Assembly: GCA_021781705.1 (NCBI GenBank)
Contig: JAJXWI010000004.1
Span: forward strand, 6,010 to 70,009
Source of the DNA: a bacterium
GTDB lineage: Bacteria; Verrucomicrobiota; Lentisphaeria; Victivallales; GWF2-38-69
Direction: 5' to 3'
Length of the DNA: 64,000 nucleotides
Under the pieces are notes generated by a model, which did not search any database, was not told the DNA's origin, and saw nothing but the letters and a program-made list of their open reading frames with translations. The position numbers were made by a program, and so were the translations under genes. This document shows positions 9,879 to 20,202 of the stretch, piece after piece (position 1 is the first letter of the stretch; each line of letters begins with the position of its first letter).

Positions 9879-10013
9879 TTTGCTATAATTATCTCTATGG
9901 TATGCGTATAGTGTTTTTTTACTACGCTTGCGCCAAATTAAAGGCTTTGCATTTTGTGTATAAGCAGCCAAGAATCCTAAAAATGGCATCTTCGCTAGAT
10001 AAAAGCTGTCATA

Positions 10014-10940
10014 TTATTTATTTTTTTCTGTAGATATTTTTAGTATGCCGAAAATGATCATGGCGGAGCCGATCCACTGAACGAGCGTAAGCTGAGTTCC
10101 GTTGATAAGGTAGTCAAGGATTATTACGCTGAAAGGGAGCGCCAGCTCTCCCATAGAGGAAACCATGGCTTTGACTTTCTTTAGGCCGTAATAGTAAATA
10201 TACATAGAGACAGGACCCAGAGTAATAAACGATACGAGGAATATTATCCAGTTATTAGTTGTCATTTCTTTGAAAGACCATATTGTGCCGCTAAAAATAC
10301 AAATAATTATGCTAAATATTGTTCCCAACAAAAAACGGCCGAAAATCATTGTTGAAAATTGAATGCTAGCTGTCAAATATTTACTCACTATTGTGTTTAT
10401 TGAAAAAGAGAAAGCAGAAAGAATAGACAAAGAACATGCAATAAGGAAAACACTTTTTCTGTCAACTGCCGGTAGATTTAGGCCGAAAGTTATTAAATAT
10501 ATTCCAGCCAGGACTATTATACTCCATAGCCAAAATCTGACGGAAACTTTTTCCCTTAGAAAAAATGAAGCAAGCGTAATCGTAAATATGGGTTGGATTT
10601 TTTGCACTAGAACAACAAGCGAAAGCTGGTGAAAATTTACAAGGAATAAAGCTTTTACTATTGCCAAAATTCCAATAACTCCGGAAAAAAGCGAAATAAT
10701 GGACAGAAGGAAAAAGTCTTTTTTCGGCAACTTCAGGACGTTTACATACTCCTTGAACATAAAACAGCTCATTATCGCAAGAGGCACCAGATTCTGCATG
10801 AGAACTACAAAATTAGTTGAGAGGTTATAGAGCCTTGGCAGCAGGACTACCGAAGAAAATCCCCAGCATGTTGCAGCTGTAATAATAAGACAAAGGCCAG
10901 TTTTACTATGTTCTTTTATGTTTTGCATTTTATTCCACAA
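10014..10940 (-). CDS. DMT/EamA family transporter
   Basis: About 10 TM, QKIQPIF..FLREK, YYYGLKKVKA, QWIG motifs. Confidence 0.88.
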   Translation of the reverse strand: MWNKMQNIKEHSKTGLCLIITAATCWGFSSVVLLPRLYNLSTNFVVLMQNLVPLAIMSCFMFKEYVNVLKLPKKDFFLLSIISLFSGVIGILAIVKALFLVNFHQLSLVVLVQKIQPIFTITLASFFLREKVSVRFWLWSIIVLAGIYLITFGLNLPAVDRKSVFLIACSLSILSAFSFSINTIVSKYLTASIQFSTMIFGRFLLGTIFSIIICIFSGTIWSFKEMTTNNWIIFLVSFITLGPVSMYIYYYGLKKVKAMVSSMGELALPFSVIILDYLINGTQLTLVQWIGSAMIIFGILKISTEKNK

Positions 10941-11013
10941 CTTATAAGCGCAAATTTCCGAATTTTGCTTGGATATTGGGTTTCCTCTGGTGATTATTGG
11001 ACATTCGATTCCA

Positions 11014-11784
11014 TTATTCCGGAATAAACCTAGCCATGTCTTTTAATATTTCTAATCCGGCGCGGATTCTCTCTTTTGAGCTCTTGTGAGCAGTTATTGT
11101 TCTTCCTGCTACGAGAATTGTGGCTCCATCTTTTATAGCGTTTCCCGGAGTAAATATTCTTTTCTGATCTGCTCCGGCGGTGGAGGCTTCATGGATTCCT
11201 TTTATTCCAGGCGTGACAAATATAAAACTTTGCGGCAATTTGTCTTTTATCGCGTATAAGTCTGCTGCTGAACATACTACGCCATCTAGTCCGGCCTGTT
11301 GTGTGAGTTTTGCCAGTCTTAATACTTGCTCTTCCACTGGGCATGGTACGTTGATTTCATTATTAAGAATATTTGAATCAATGCTAGTAAGAACTGTAAC
11401 GGCAATAATTTTAGGGCGCCTTATCTTCTGTCTTTCTGAAACAGAATTTGCTCCGTCAAGCGCAGCCTTCATCATTTCAAGGCCACCCAAAGCATGTACA
11501 TTGAACATATATACTCCAAGTTCAGTGGCCGCCGCCGCCGCGCCTTTCACCGTGTTGGGGATATCATGGTATTTGAGGTCTAAAAAAACTTCCCTTCCAT
11601 GCTCCTGGATAAGTTCTATTACAGTTGGACCAAAACGCGTAAAAGATTCTTTTCCAATTTTAAAGAGTCCGACGACATCTTTAAGTTCATCTACGCGTTC
11701 TCTTATCTCTTCCAGAGAGTTTAACCCATCAAGAGGCAGACAGAGCCTTTTTCTTGCCAATTTTTCTTTGTGTGAAAGATTCAT
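11014..11784 (-). CDS. pyrF: orotidine-5'-phosphate decarboxylase
   Basis: FLDLKYHDIPNTV, AVTVLTS, TPGI, DQKR motifs. Confidence 0.97.
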   Translation of the reverse strand: MNLSHKEKLARKRLCLPLDGLNSLEEIRERVDELKDVVGLFKIGKESFTRFGPTVIELIQEHGREVFLDLKYHDIPNTVKGAAAAATELGVYMFNVHALGGLEMMKAALDGANSVSERQKIRRPKIIAVTVLTSIDSNILNNEINVPCPVEEQVLRLAKLTQQAGLDGVVCSAADLYAIKDKLPQSFIFVTPGIKGIHEASTAGADQKRIFTPGNAIKDGATILVAGRTITAHKSSKERIRAGLEILKDMARFIPE

Positions 11785-11786
11785 AA

Positions 11787-12464
11787 TTATTTCAAAACTT
11801 TCGGGAATCCTGCTTTTGCCCCCCATTCGAACGGATCAAGCCTCCATTCTCTGAGAATCTGGGCTTGCTTTTTTGTGACATATTTTGTTTTGACGGCTGC
11901 TTCTATGAGAATGTCATAGGTGAGCACTGGAATGACTTTGCAAGGTTTGCTGAGATTGTTGAACTCATTAACGGCATTGAGAAGGCCATAGCTGAATATC
12001 GAAAGGCAATAGTCCGCTGCACCGTTGGCATTTCTAACTGCCTGAATAGCCTTAGCCGAGCTGCCGCCAGTAGAAATTAAATCTTCAATTACCACAGTTT
12101 TTTTTCCCGCAAGATCGCTATCGGCATCTATTCCTTCTATTTGATTTTTGAGACCATGCGGCTTTGGCTTTTCGCGTATATAAATAAACGGAAGATCTAA
12201 TTTATTAGCTAGAGATACACCATGCGGAATTCCGGCTGTACTTGTTCCTGCAATTACTTCAGCTTTTATGTCTTCAGTTTTAATTATGTCGAGAAACCCA
12301 TCAATAATTAATTTCCTGTATTCGGGATAAAATAGAAACATCCTATTGTCGTTATAGATAGGCATAAAATAACCTGAAGCCCATTGGAACGGTTTTTCTG
12401 GATTGAGCTTCATCGCTTTGATTTTCAATCCGGCCTCAGCAAGTTTTAATGCAAAGTTATTCAT
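11787..12464 (-). CDS. pyrE: orotate phosphoribosyltransferase
   Basis: WASG, PIYNDNR, TAGIPH, IEDLISTGGS PRPP-binding loop. Confidence 0.96.
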   Translation of the reverse strand: MNNFALKLAEAGLKIKAMKLNPEKPFQWASGYFMPIYNDNRMFLFYPEYRKLIIDGFLDIIKTEDIKAEVIAGTSTAGIPHGVSLANKLDLPFIYIREKPKPHGLKNQIEGIDADSDLAGKKTVVIEDLISTGGSSAKAIQAVRNANGAADYCLSIFSYGLLNAVNEFNNLSKPCKVIPVLTYDILIEAAVKTKYVTKKQAQILREWRLDPFEWGAKAGFPKVLK

Positions 12465-12752
12465 TGACTTAACTCCTGACATTTTGTTTGCTCGTCATGG
12501 CAAATAAGTTTCATGCTTGCCATCCCGTGCACTTGTCGAACATATTTTCATTTTAAACTGTGCAGGAATCTTATCACACTTTAGTAAATTATCGAGCCTA
12601 TATAAGTACATTTGGGGAAGAAACAATTCTTCTAAGATTTAGATGTATAGAAATTTCACATAAATAGTTATATATCTCACTTGCTTAAGTAAAATGATGA
12701 CATAAAGTGGAAATAAGGTTAGCCTTTAAAATTAAAAAACAAAGGAGACGAA

Positions 12753-14090
12753 ATGTACGAACTAGATAAGTTCATGATGGAGCTTGAAAGGAAAAATCCA
12801 GCACAGCCGGAATTCATTCAAGCGGCAAAAGAAGTTATTGAAACCGTTATTGACTTTGTTAATGAAAACCCTCGTTATGTAAACGGTAAAATCTTAGAAA
12901 GAATAACTGAACCGGACAGAGTTTTTAGTTTTAAAGTTGAATGGGAAGATGATAATGGAGATATTCAGATTAATAAAGGTTATCGTGTTCAATTCAACAA
13001 TGCAATTGGTCCATATAAGGGTGGTTTAAGATTTCACCCAAATGTAACTTTAGGAACTTTAAAGTTTCTAGGGTTTGAGCAGATGTTTAAAAATAGTTTG
13101 ACTACATTGCCTATGGGGGGAAGCAAAGGCGGCTCTGATTTTAATCCTAAGGGCAAGTCAGAATCTGAAATTTTGAGATTTTGTAGATCCTTTATGACTG
13201 AGCTTCAAAAATATATAGGGCCCGAAACAGATGTTCCTGCAGGAGATATTGGTGTTGGCGGAAGAGAGATCGGCTATATGTATGGGCAATACAAAAGAAT
13301 AAGGAATGAGAATACTGGAGTATTAACTGGTAAAGGTATTAATTGGGGAGGTTCTCTGGTGCGGCCAGAAGCTACAGGTTTTGGTTCGGTTTATTATGCC
13401 AATGAAATGCTAAAAGTTCAAAACGATACTTTTAAAGGGAAAAGGGTTTCTGTTTCCGGTTTTGGCAATGTTTCCTGGGGTGTGTGTATAAAAGCTACTG
13501 AACTAGGTGCAAAAGTTGTTACGATATCTGGTCCTGATGGATATATTTTAGATGAAAATGGTGTAGGCACTCAAGAAAAATGGGACTACTTATTAGATCT
13601 TAGAGCTTCTAATAATGATGTTGTGGCGCCTTATGCTGAAATGTTCGGTGCTAAATTTTTCCCCGGCAAAAAACCTTGGGAAGTAAAAGTAGATATGGCA
13701 TTTCCATGCGCAATTCAAAATGAGCTTGATGAAAAAGACGCTAATGCGCTCATTGCCAATGGATGCAAATATGTTGTAGAAACTTCTAATATGGGATGTG
13801 CCGCTGATGCTGTAACTGTATTTCATAATGCAAAAATTCTATTTGCGCCAGGGAAAGCGGCTAATGCCGGTGGAGTAGCAACATCCGGACTTGAAATGAC
13901 GCAAAATAGCATGAAGCTGTCATGGACGAAAGAAGAAGTTGACGCTAGACTAAAACAGATTATGGTAGCTATTCACGAAGCCGGCTTAAAATATGGCAAA
14001 AGAGATGATGGCTACATTGATTATGTTAAAGGTTCTAACATTGCCGGGTTCAAAAAAGTTGCTGACGCAATGCTTGACTTAGGTTATTAG
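12753..14090 (+). CDS. gdhA: NADP-specific glutamate dehydrogenase
   Basis: GPYKGGLRFHP, DVPAGDIG, RPEATGFG, GFGNV, KAANAGGV motifs; AAGGAG RBS. Confidence 0.97.
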   Translation: MYELDKFMMELERKNPAQPEFIQAAKEVIETVIDFVNENPRYVNGKILERITEPDRVFSFKVEWEDDNGDIQINKGYRVQFNNAIGPYKGGLRFHPNVTLGTLKFLGFEQMFKNSLTTLPMGGSKGGSDFNPKGKSESEILRFCRSFMTELQKYIGPETDVPAGDIGVGGREIGYMYGQYKRIRNENTGVLTGKGINWGGSLVRPEATGFGSVYYANEMLKVQNDTFKGKRVSVSGFGNVSWGVCIKATELGAKVVTISGPDGYILDENGVGTQEKWDYLLDLRASNNDVVAPYAEMFGAKFFPGKKPWEVKVDMAFPCAIQNELDEKDANALIANGCKYVVETSNMGCAADAVTVFHNAKILFAPGKAANAGGVATSGLEMTQNSMKLSWTKEEVDARLKQIMVAIHEAGLKYGKRDDGYIDYVKGSNIAGFKKVADAMLDLGY

Positions 14091-14120
14091 TTTTCCTTTG
14101 TTTGTGCCCAAAGTGATAAC

Positions 14121-14166
14121 AACAAGTCTCCATGGCGGTTATCCCTCCCGTGGAGGCTTGTTTATT
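14121..14166. terminator. hairpin between convergent genes, likely intrinsic terminator
   Basis: AACAAGTCTCCATGG (14121-14135) pairs with CCGTGGAGGCTTGTT (14148-14162), followed by a T-rich tail. Confidence 0.7.
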
Positions 14167-14181
14167 TAAGGCGTTAGTTTT

Positions 14182-17100
14182 TTAAGAATTCGTTGGTTTG
14201 CAGACAATTCCCTTGCTTTTTCTCCCATCAATTTTTATAACAGCTGGGTGTAAGAATTGTACATGGCGCACATATTTATTTTCAAAAAGTTCTTTTTGTT
14301 TATTAAGGAAGGCTACATCATAAAATCCATCTTTAATGAAAGAATTGATGGTGAAATAGCCGACTTTAAAAGATGTGAGATTTTGGAAAAAGTGAGTGCC
14401 CTGGCTTGGATCAATATGATAATTATTCAAGCCCGATTCAATAATAAGCCGAGCGGCTGAAATTTGTGACCATTTTACGGGTATTCCCAGCCATGGATCG
14501 TTTGGCCCCCATCTCCCCGGACCTATGAGGATGTAATTTTTCTTGTCCTCGATAAAACGAGAGTTGAGCTTATCGATAGTAGTTGCAATAAGTTTTGTAT
14601 CAGCAGGGTTAAAAGCTTCAGGTTTCACGTACACGATATCAAAGACATTATCGATAACTCCGTTGCCTAAAGCCTGATTACTGGAAAGAATTATTTTTTC
14701 CTCAGTATATTGCTCCAAGTTTATCTGATTTGTTTCTTCGCTTTCAACAATGGGGCGGATTTGCAGAACATGAAAAGTTTGTGGCTGGCCTTTTTGAGTA
14801 TCGAGACTGGCTGAAAATTCTATTTCTACCTGACAGTTCATCTCCTGCTGTCCGATTGTCAACAACTTTTGAAGAATATCTGCTAGCGGGAACGAGTTAT
14901 ATTTTAGGATATTAGCAAAAGTGATAATCTTTTTGCCGCCTTCATGTATCCCGTCGCGAATAGTATGATCATGGTAATCAAAAGTTGATGCCACGAGTTT
15001 GAATGATCTATCATTTTCTGCGTGCTTAATGTTGAGTTTTAGAAGGTTAACTGCTTCGTTTACAGATGGGTGGAATTTCTCAGGGGAAAGGTCAAGAGCA
15101 TAAAATTCATTTTGGCTGTTGTTGGAGGGTAAATCAGATGTTGTGAGTTGCAATATCTTTTTAGGATATTTAGGGCAAAATCTCATGGAACAACCTCCAT
15201 CAACAATTATTTTTCCCAGCCCGAAAGCTATATTAACGATTCCGTCTTCGTATTTTTCTGGTTCAATGGGGTAGAAATTGACAGAACGGGCTACTCCGGA
15301 AATTGCAGGATAAAAGCGATTTTCATATTTTCCGCCAGATATTTCTTGTATTACTATCCCCATTTTTTCTTGATCTATAACATTAGCTGTAGCTGCTATA
15401 TAAGCCTTGCTCTCCTTGAAGAATACCGACGCATATACGCTTTTAATCGCCTGTTCCAATTGGTAGCACCTTACATTTTTATCATGGTGGTTATTCGGAA
15501 TCATGAATGTTGAGTAAACACCTGCAAAAGGTTGGTAGTGGCTGTCTTCCAATAAGCTTGAAGAGCGCACGGCTAATGGGGATTTTATTGCCTCACATAT
15601 TTCTTTTACATATTCCTTCGTTCGCAGCGGCACGGCAGCCCTGCTGAACCGCTCAATAACCTTCTCATCAGTTGTATCTGAGATAGCAAATTCATAAAGA
15701 TTATTATCCTCAATAAATTCATCGTAAAGATCCGTAGTAAGTACTACTGTGCGTGGAATGGTAACTATAACATTACTCCATGCAGGCATCAGCTTATATT
15801 TGTTTATAAAAGAGTCAATAAATGCAATGCCCCTGGCTTTCCCACCCAGTTGTCCATCTCCCAGTCGGGTAAATATGGCGTATTCGTCCAGGCGATTTGC
15901 AATAATTCCGCGCCCCATTGTTTTTCTGTAATTTTTTATAGTATCGAAGAGGTAACTCCTGATTTCTTCTATGTTATTAAAGTCTTCAGTACTTTTCTGT
16001 GCGAACAAGTCGGCAATGGAGAATAATGCCCTTGCTTTAAACCAGCGTGAAAAGTGATTGTTAGATACATGGTACATTAGGGATTTTGCATCAATTTCTG
16101 AAATTTTTACCTGAAGTGACCTTAAGTTGTTGGCTTTATTTAATACAATATCTTTTTCAGGATCTCTGAATGCAAAATCTCCAAACCCATAATTTCCCTT
16201 GATATAGTTTTTCAGTTCAATAAGCAGAGTTTTTGAATACTTGTTGATAAAGTTTAAGCCTAATTCTTTCATTGTCCCAAGCTCCCAAGTTTCTGAAGAT
16301 TGGAGTAATATGGGTATTCTTGAACCATCCTTTCTGATTAGTCGGGCTAGTTTAATACCTGCTTCCTTGTCCATTTGTCCTTGTACGCAATAGGAAATAT
16401 CAGAAATGACTCCCAAAAGGTTGTTCTTATATATTTTGTAAAGATGAGCGGCTTCTTCAAAGGTTTTAGCTAGTAAAATTTTGGGTCGTGCTCTCATTCG
16501 AAGTGTTTTTTGGTGTTCGTTGAGCCCCTCTGTCATCAGTTCAACAGTTTGATCAAAAATCGCCTGATAGATAGTAGGTAAATAAGACGAATAATACCTC
16601 ACAGAGTCTTCCACGAGTAAAATAGCCTGTACTCCCTTCTGATTTATATCATAGTCGGCATTCATTTTATCTTCTAACAGCTTAATGATAGCTAGCAACA
16701 AACTGGGATTGCCTAACCAGCAGAAAACATAGTCGATAGAACTGAGATCTTCATTGATAAGTTTAATAGATACTTCTCGTGAAAAGTGTGTGAGGGCTAC
16801 AACAGGAATGTCTTTGGATCTTTCTTTAACTTTTTTTGCCATTTCAAAAGCATCAGTCTTGCCAATGTTGAGCATGGTTATTACTAGGTCAAACTTTTTC
16901 TTTTCTAGAAGTTCAAAGGCTTTTTCTGATGAGCTTACCTGAGTAAATTGGGGAGGATACCGAAAATTTTTAGATGCATACTCCAGGAATATCTTTTCGT
17001 TTATACGGCCATCTTCTTCAAGTATAAATGCATCATAATTAGAGCAAATTAGAAGCACATTAATGATACGCCATTGCATGAGGTTTTGGTATGATATGTC

Positions 17101-17193
17101 ATTGAACTCATAACTGTCGGTAGAATAAAGTTCATTGTAGTTGTGTTTTGTGTAAGATTTACTAGTATGAATGATTTTATTTTCTCTGTGCAC
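14182..17193 (-). CDS. receiver-domain plus PEP/pyruvate-binding (PPDK_N ATP-grasp) protein
   Basis: Two CheY-like segments (DLVIT; ILLVEDS..VISD), LGGKARG and PLAVRSSSLLED..FAG PEP-synthase N-domain motifs; no PEP-utilising TIM barrel recognised. Confidence 0.85.
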   Translation of the reverse strand: MHRENKIIHTSKSYTKHNYNELYSTDSYEFNDISYQNLMQWRIINVLLICSNYDAFILEEDGRINEKIFLEYASKNFRYPPQFTQVSSSEKAFELLEKKKFDLVITMLNIGKTDAFEMAKKVKERSKDIPVVALTHFSREVSIKLINEDLSSIDYVFCWLGNPSLLLAIIKLLEDKMNADYDINQKGVQAILLVEDSVRYYSSYLPTIYQAIFDQTVELMTEGLNEHQKTLRMRARPKILLAKTFEEAAHLYKIYKNNLLGVISDISYCVQGQMDKEAGIKLARLIRKDGSRIPILLQSSETWELGTMKELGLNFINKYSKTLLIELKNYIKGNYGFGDFAFRDPEKDIVLNKANNLRSLQVKISEIDAKSLMYHVSNNHFSRWFKARALFSIADLFAQKSTEDFNNIEEIRSYLFDTIKNYRKTMGRGIIANRLDEYAIFTRLGDGQLGGKARGIAFIDSFINKYKLMPAWSNVIVTIPRTVVLTTDLYDEFIEDNNLYEFAISDTTDEKVIERFSRAAVPLRTKEYVKEICEAIKSPLAVRSSSLLEDSHYQPFAGVYSTFMIPNNHHDKNVRCYQLEQAIKSVYASVFFKESKAYIAATANVIDQEKMGIVIQEISGGKYENRFYPAISGVARSVNFYPIEPEKYEDGIVNIAFGLGKIIVDGGCSMRFCPKYPKKILQLTTSDLPSNNSQNEFYALDLSPEKFHPSVNEAVNLLKLNIKHAENDRSFKLVASTFDYHDHTIRDGIHEGGKKIITFANILKYNSFPLADILQKLLTIGQQEMNCQVEIEFSASLDTQKGQPQTFHVLQIRPIVESEETNQINLEQYTEEKIILSSNQALGNGVIDNVFDIVYVKPEAFNPADTKLIATTIDKLNSRFIEDKKNYILIGPGRWGPNDPWLGIPVKWSQISAARLIIESGLNNYHIDPSQGTHFFQNLTSFKVGYFTINSFIKDGFYDVAFLNKQKELFENKYVRHVQFLHPAVIKIDGRKSKGIVCKPTNS

Positions 17194-17352
17194 AATCTAT
17201 TTCTCCAGGTAAAAATCGCATTCCTAACTAAGCATATCTTAAAGATGGTGTCGAGTCAAGAATAAGGTACAAGGAATTAAAATGCCGATTTTAAGTTTTT
17301 CATTTCTTCTTTTATTGGAACTTCGAGCTTCGGCATGGGGTTCGGCATCTTT

Positions 17353-18381
17353 TTAAAATTCTAATTCTTTTGTTTTTCTTTTTCCAGAAACGTCCCAGTA
17401 AATTCTACATTTCTTGTTATTCATGTCAAGAGCCAATGTCCAAATGGTTTTAATGTCTGAAAAATTTTGGCAAGTATAACTTCCTGGTATTCCCAAAATC
17501 TTAATGATGCTGTCAATCTTAAATTTGGCTTTCTCAAAATTTATTTTCTGCAAAGTTTCATAATATCTGATGAAAGTGTTATGGGTGGGAACTCGTTTTA
17601 ATACTGTATCTTCTTCTGCTAATTCGTTATCAACATAATGATTAGTCTGAATTAAAACATCTTCTTTTGGATAGATAACTTTGAATTTTTTTGAGGTATG
17701 TTCAATTATTGCCATATCTCCATTTTTGTCAGCGATAAAGAAGTTTTTTGGGCAGCAAAGCGGAACTCTTTCAAAAACTTTTATTGCCTCTTTTACTGTT
17801 TCGCAGCTTTCCGCAATAATTTTTGTCATGTGGATACAAGAAACTCCATACGCCCATTGATCCGCGTACGCGAATGTAATTCCGATAAATAATCCCTTAT
17901 TGTTTATTGTGTCATCTGCGTTATAAAAGAAATATTTTGGCTTTGCTGTAGAGCGACTGACAATCCCCATATCAGTTATTGCTATAAAAGAATTTCTTTC
18001 GGGATTAATAACTTTATATGCCTCGAATATTTTATCAGTTTCGGGAATCCAATCATAATTTCTACCTACAAAAAGATTATTTTTGACTTTACAGCCAAAG
18101 ATTGTGCACGCCTTATCTAATCCAAAACTGTTTCTATAATAAAAAATTTCGCTCGTTATAAAATCATAAATCAGCTTTTCCTTATCAAAATCCCCACACA
18201 TGGCCATGCCGCTAAATTCTTCTAATATTTCAGGATAGTACTTTTTATAAACATTAAGTTGTTTTTTATGAAGAACGGGGTCAATTTTGACTTTGTCAAA
18301 ATTCATTCCGTTTGCTTTGAAAATCTTGCCCTGCTGTTGGCCAATTTCGAAAAAATTACCTTTGAATGTTTTGATGTTCAT
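17353..18381 (-). CDS. C45-family Ntn hydrolase/acyltransferase
   Basis: GQQQG N-region, A-CTIF self-cleavage Cys, GRNYDW, NFFIAD, QTNHY. Confidence 0.8.
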   Translation of the reverse strand: MNIKTFKGNFFEIGQQQGKIFKANGMNFDKVKIDPVLHKKQLNVYKKYYPEILEEFSGMAMCGDFDKEKLIYDFITSEIFYYRNSFGLDKACTIFGCKVKNNLFVGRNYDWIPETDKIFEAYKVINPERNSFIAITDMGIVSRSTAKPKYFFYNADDTINNKGLFIGITFAYADQWAYGVSCIHMTKIIAESCETVKEAIKVFERVPLCCPKNFFIADKNGDMAIIEHTSKKFKVIYPKEDVLIQTNHYVDNELAEEDTVLKRVPTHNTFIRYYETLQKINFEKAKFKIDSIIKILGIPGSYTCQNFSDIKTIWTLALDMNNKKCRIYWDVSGKRKTKELEF

Positions 18382-18455
18382 CAGCCTCTTTATTTCAACC
18401 TTTTTAGCGCCAGGATACCTGTCTTATATTTTTTCAAATTCTATGGCGGATCTAT

Positions 18456-19070
18456 TCAACTACGCTCCAGCTTCGTCGCTACCGCCTCTATAAATGATGA
18501 CTTATATTCATGATAAACTGATGACGTTTTTCTTAACCTGATAATTTTAAAGCCTTTCAGTTTTTCTGTCATATATTCTTTTGTGAAAAAATGTCTGACA
18601 TGGCCTTTTCGGTACATATTTTCCCCAACTTTTTCACCTTCCCCAAAAAGCGCATCGTCAACTGACTTACACTTTATAAAAAACAACCCGCTTTTTTTCA
18701 AAATGCTAAAGGAGTTATCAAAAATTTTATTTATAGTTTCGTCATTAAAATAATGTAAACTCAAATGAGCGTAAATTACATCAAAAGAATTTTCTCTAAA
18801 ATTGATAGCTCTGATATCTTCTGAAATATATTTTATTTTTTTGCTTTGCAATTCTATTTTACTAATTCCGCCATCGGCAAAGTCAACTGCAGTAACTGAC
18901 AAGCCTTTATTGGAAAAATAAACTGAATCTCTGCCGTCTCCACAGCCCAAATCTAATAACGATCTAAGTTTTTTAGGCCTAATGAGTGCGTATGCACTCT
19001 TGGCAAAATTATTCGCTGGTTCTGTTGGACGACCTACCCATTTATTTTCCCAATAGCTTAATTCGCTCAT
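18456..19070 (-). CDS. class I SAM-dependent methyltransferase
   Basis: LDLGCGDGRD, FDVIYAHLSLHYF; start placed at MSELSYW. Confidence 0.88.
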   Translation of the reverse strand: MSELSYWENKWVGRPTEPANNFAKSAYALIRPKKLRSLLDLGCGDGRDSVYFSNKGLSVTAVDFADGGISKIELQSKKIKYISEDIRAINFRENSFDVIYAHLSLHYFNDETINKIFDNSFSILKKSGLFFIKCKSVDDALFGEGEKVGENMYRKGHVRHFFTKEYMTEKLKGFKIIRLRKTSSVYHEYKSSFIEAVATKLERS

Positions 19071-19115
19071 ATTTATTTCCAACAACATGTTCAAGAAAGA
19101 GTTTTTCAATATGTC

Positions 19116-19131
19116 TGGCAGAGAGAGTGGG
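19116..19131 (-). repeat. degenerate copy of the tRNA-Ser 3' end (att-like)
   Basis: TGGCAGAGAGAGTGGG vs TGGCGGAGAGAGTGGG at 19219-19234; 15/16 identical. Confidence 0.7.
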
Positions 19132-19218
19132 GCTAGCTACGCTTAAAATTCGTCGGATAAATATTCGTTTTTAGGTATTGCTTTTCCACGCAGATATATC
19201 CGTCAAAACTTTAGTTTA

Positions 19219-19308
19219 TGGCGGAGAGAGTGGGATTCGAACCCACGGTAGAGTTTCCCCTACACAGCATTTCCAATGCTGCGCCTTCGACCACTCGACC
19301 ATCTCTCC
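19219..19308 (-). tRNA. tRNA-Ser(GGA)
   Basis: Reverse complement GGAGAGATGGTCGAGTGGTCGAAGGCGCAGCATTGGAAATGCTG...GTGGGTTCGAATCCCACTCTCTCCGCCA; long variable arm. Confidence 0.97.
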
Positions 19309-19500
19309 ATAAAATTTAAACAACGAACTGGTAATGTATACGTAATGAAATAATTAGCAAGTTTAGATCCTAAAACAAATTATAGCTTTTTCTTGAAGAT
19401 TCTGAGGTAGTGTAAATTCTTTTCTGTAAACTCAAAATTTGAATAGAGGGGGCAAATAATCATTCTTTAAACTAATTACAGGGGTGAACCCACTTTATAC

Positions 19501-19884
19501 TCACAGGATTTCTATTTCTCTCTGGTAATCTGTGGCGTCCAGCAATAACTCCAGTTCATCCGGTTCATCAACTTCCATTTCAAAAAGCCACCCGTCTTTA
19601 TACGGAGAAGCTTGAAGAAGCTCAGGCTGTCGCCTCAAAGAGGGATTGGCTTTTGTTACCCTGCCGGTAAGCGGGCATGGTAAGTCATATAGTCCTCCGG
19701 TGTGGTGAATTGTAATACAGTTGTCTCCAATATATAATTCATCACCTACTTTTGGAAGATCTACGGCCTCTATTGATTCCAAGATATCCTGTAAATCATC
19801 GGTAATACCTATGACGACGAGATTGTCATTTACTTTTACCCAGGCGTGTTCAATTGTATACAATAAATTTTTAGGTACGTGCAT
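19501..19884 (-). CDS. glycine cleavage H-protein homologue lacking the lipoyl-lysine
   Basis: YTIEHAWV, IGITD, PLTGRV..N..L...PEL...SPY..GWL motifs; ESVK replaced by HHTG. Confidence 0.85.
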   Translation of the reverse strand: MHVPKNLLYTIEHAWVKVNDNLVVIGITDDLQDILESIEAVDLPKVGDELYIGDNCITIHHTGGLYDLPCPLTGRVTKANPSLRRQPELLQASPYKDGWLFEMEVDEPDELELLLDATDYQREIEIL

Positions 19885-20202
19885 TCAAAATCCTCAATTT
19901 ATGGACAGGTTGATATTTTGTATTTACATATAGATATAATGAATCCGAAAAAACATTGCAAGAAGAGTAGGTAAAAAAAATAAAATTTTATGCAAAAAAA
20001 CAAAAACTTTTAAAGAATTTCGCGATTTTAGTGAGATAAAAGAGGATTGGAGAAGCATTTATTACGTCGCCGTTAATGAGTTTTAAGAAGAGGCGGCTTT
20101 CAAAGACTGTTGTTCCTACTGAAAATTATTGTATAATACATTTTGAGAAGTGGGGTGGTACATTTCTAAATAAGAAATAAAAAATATAAAAGGAAGCAAG
20201 TC

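Noticed and set aside
11180-11854. 224-aa plus-strand ORF
   Set aside because: Antisense shadow of pyrF; the same applies to the many short ORFs opposite valS, nrdJ, mutL and the reductase
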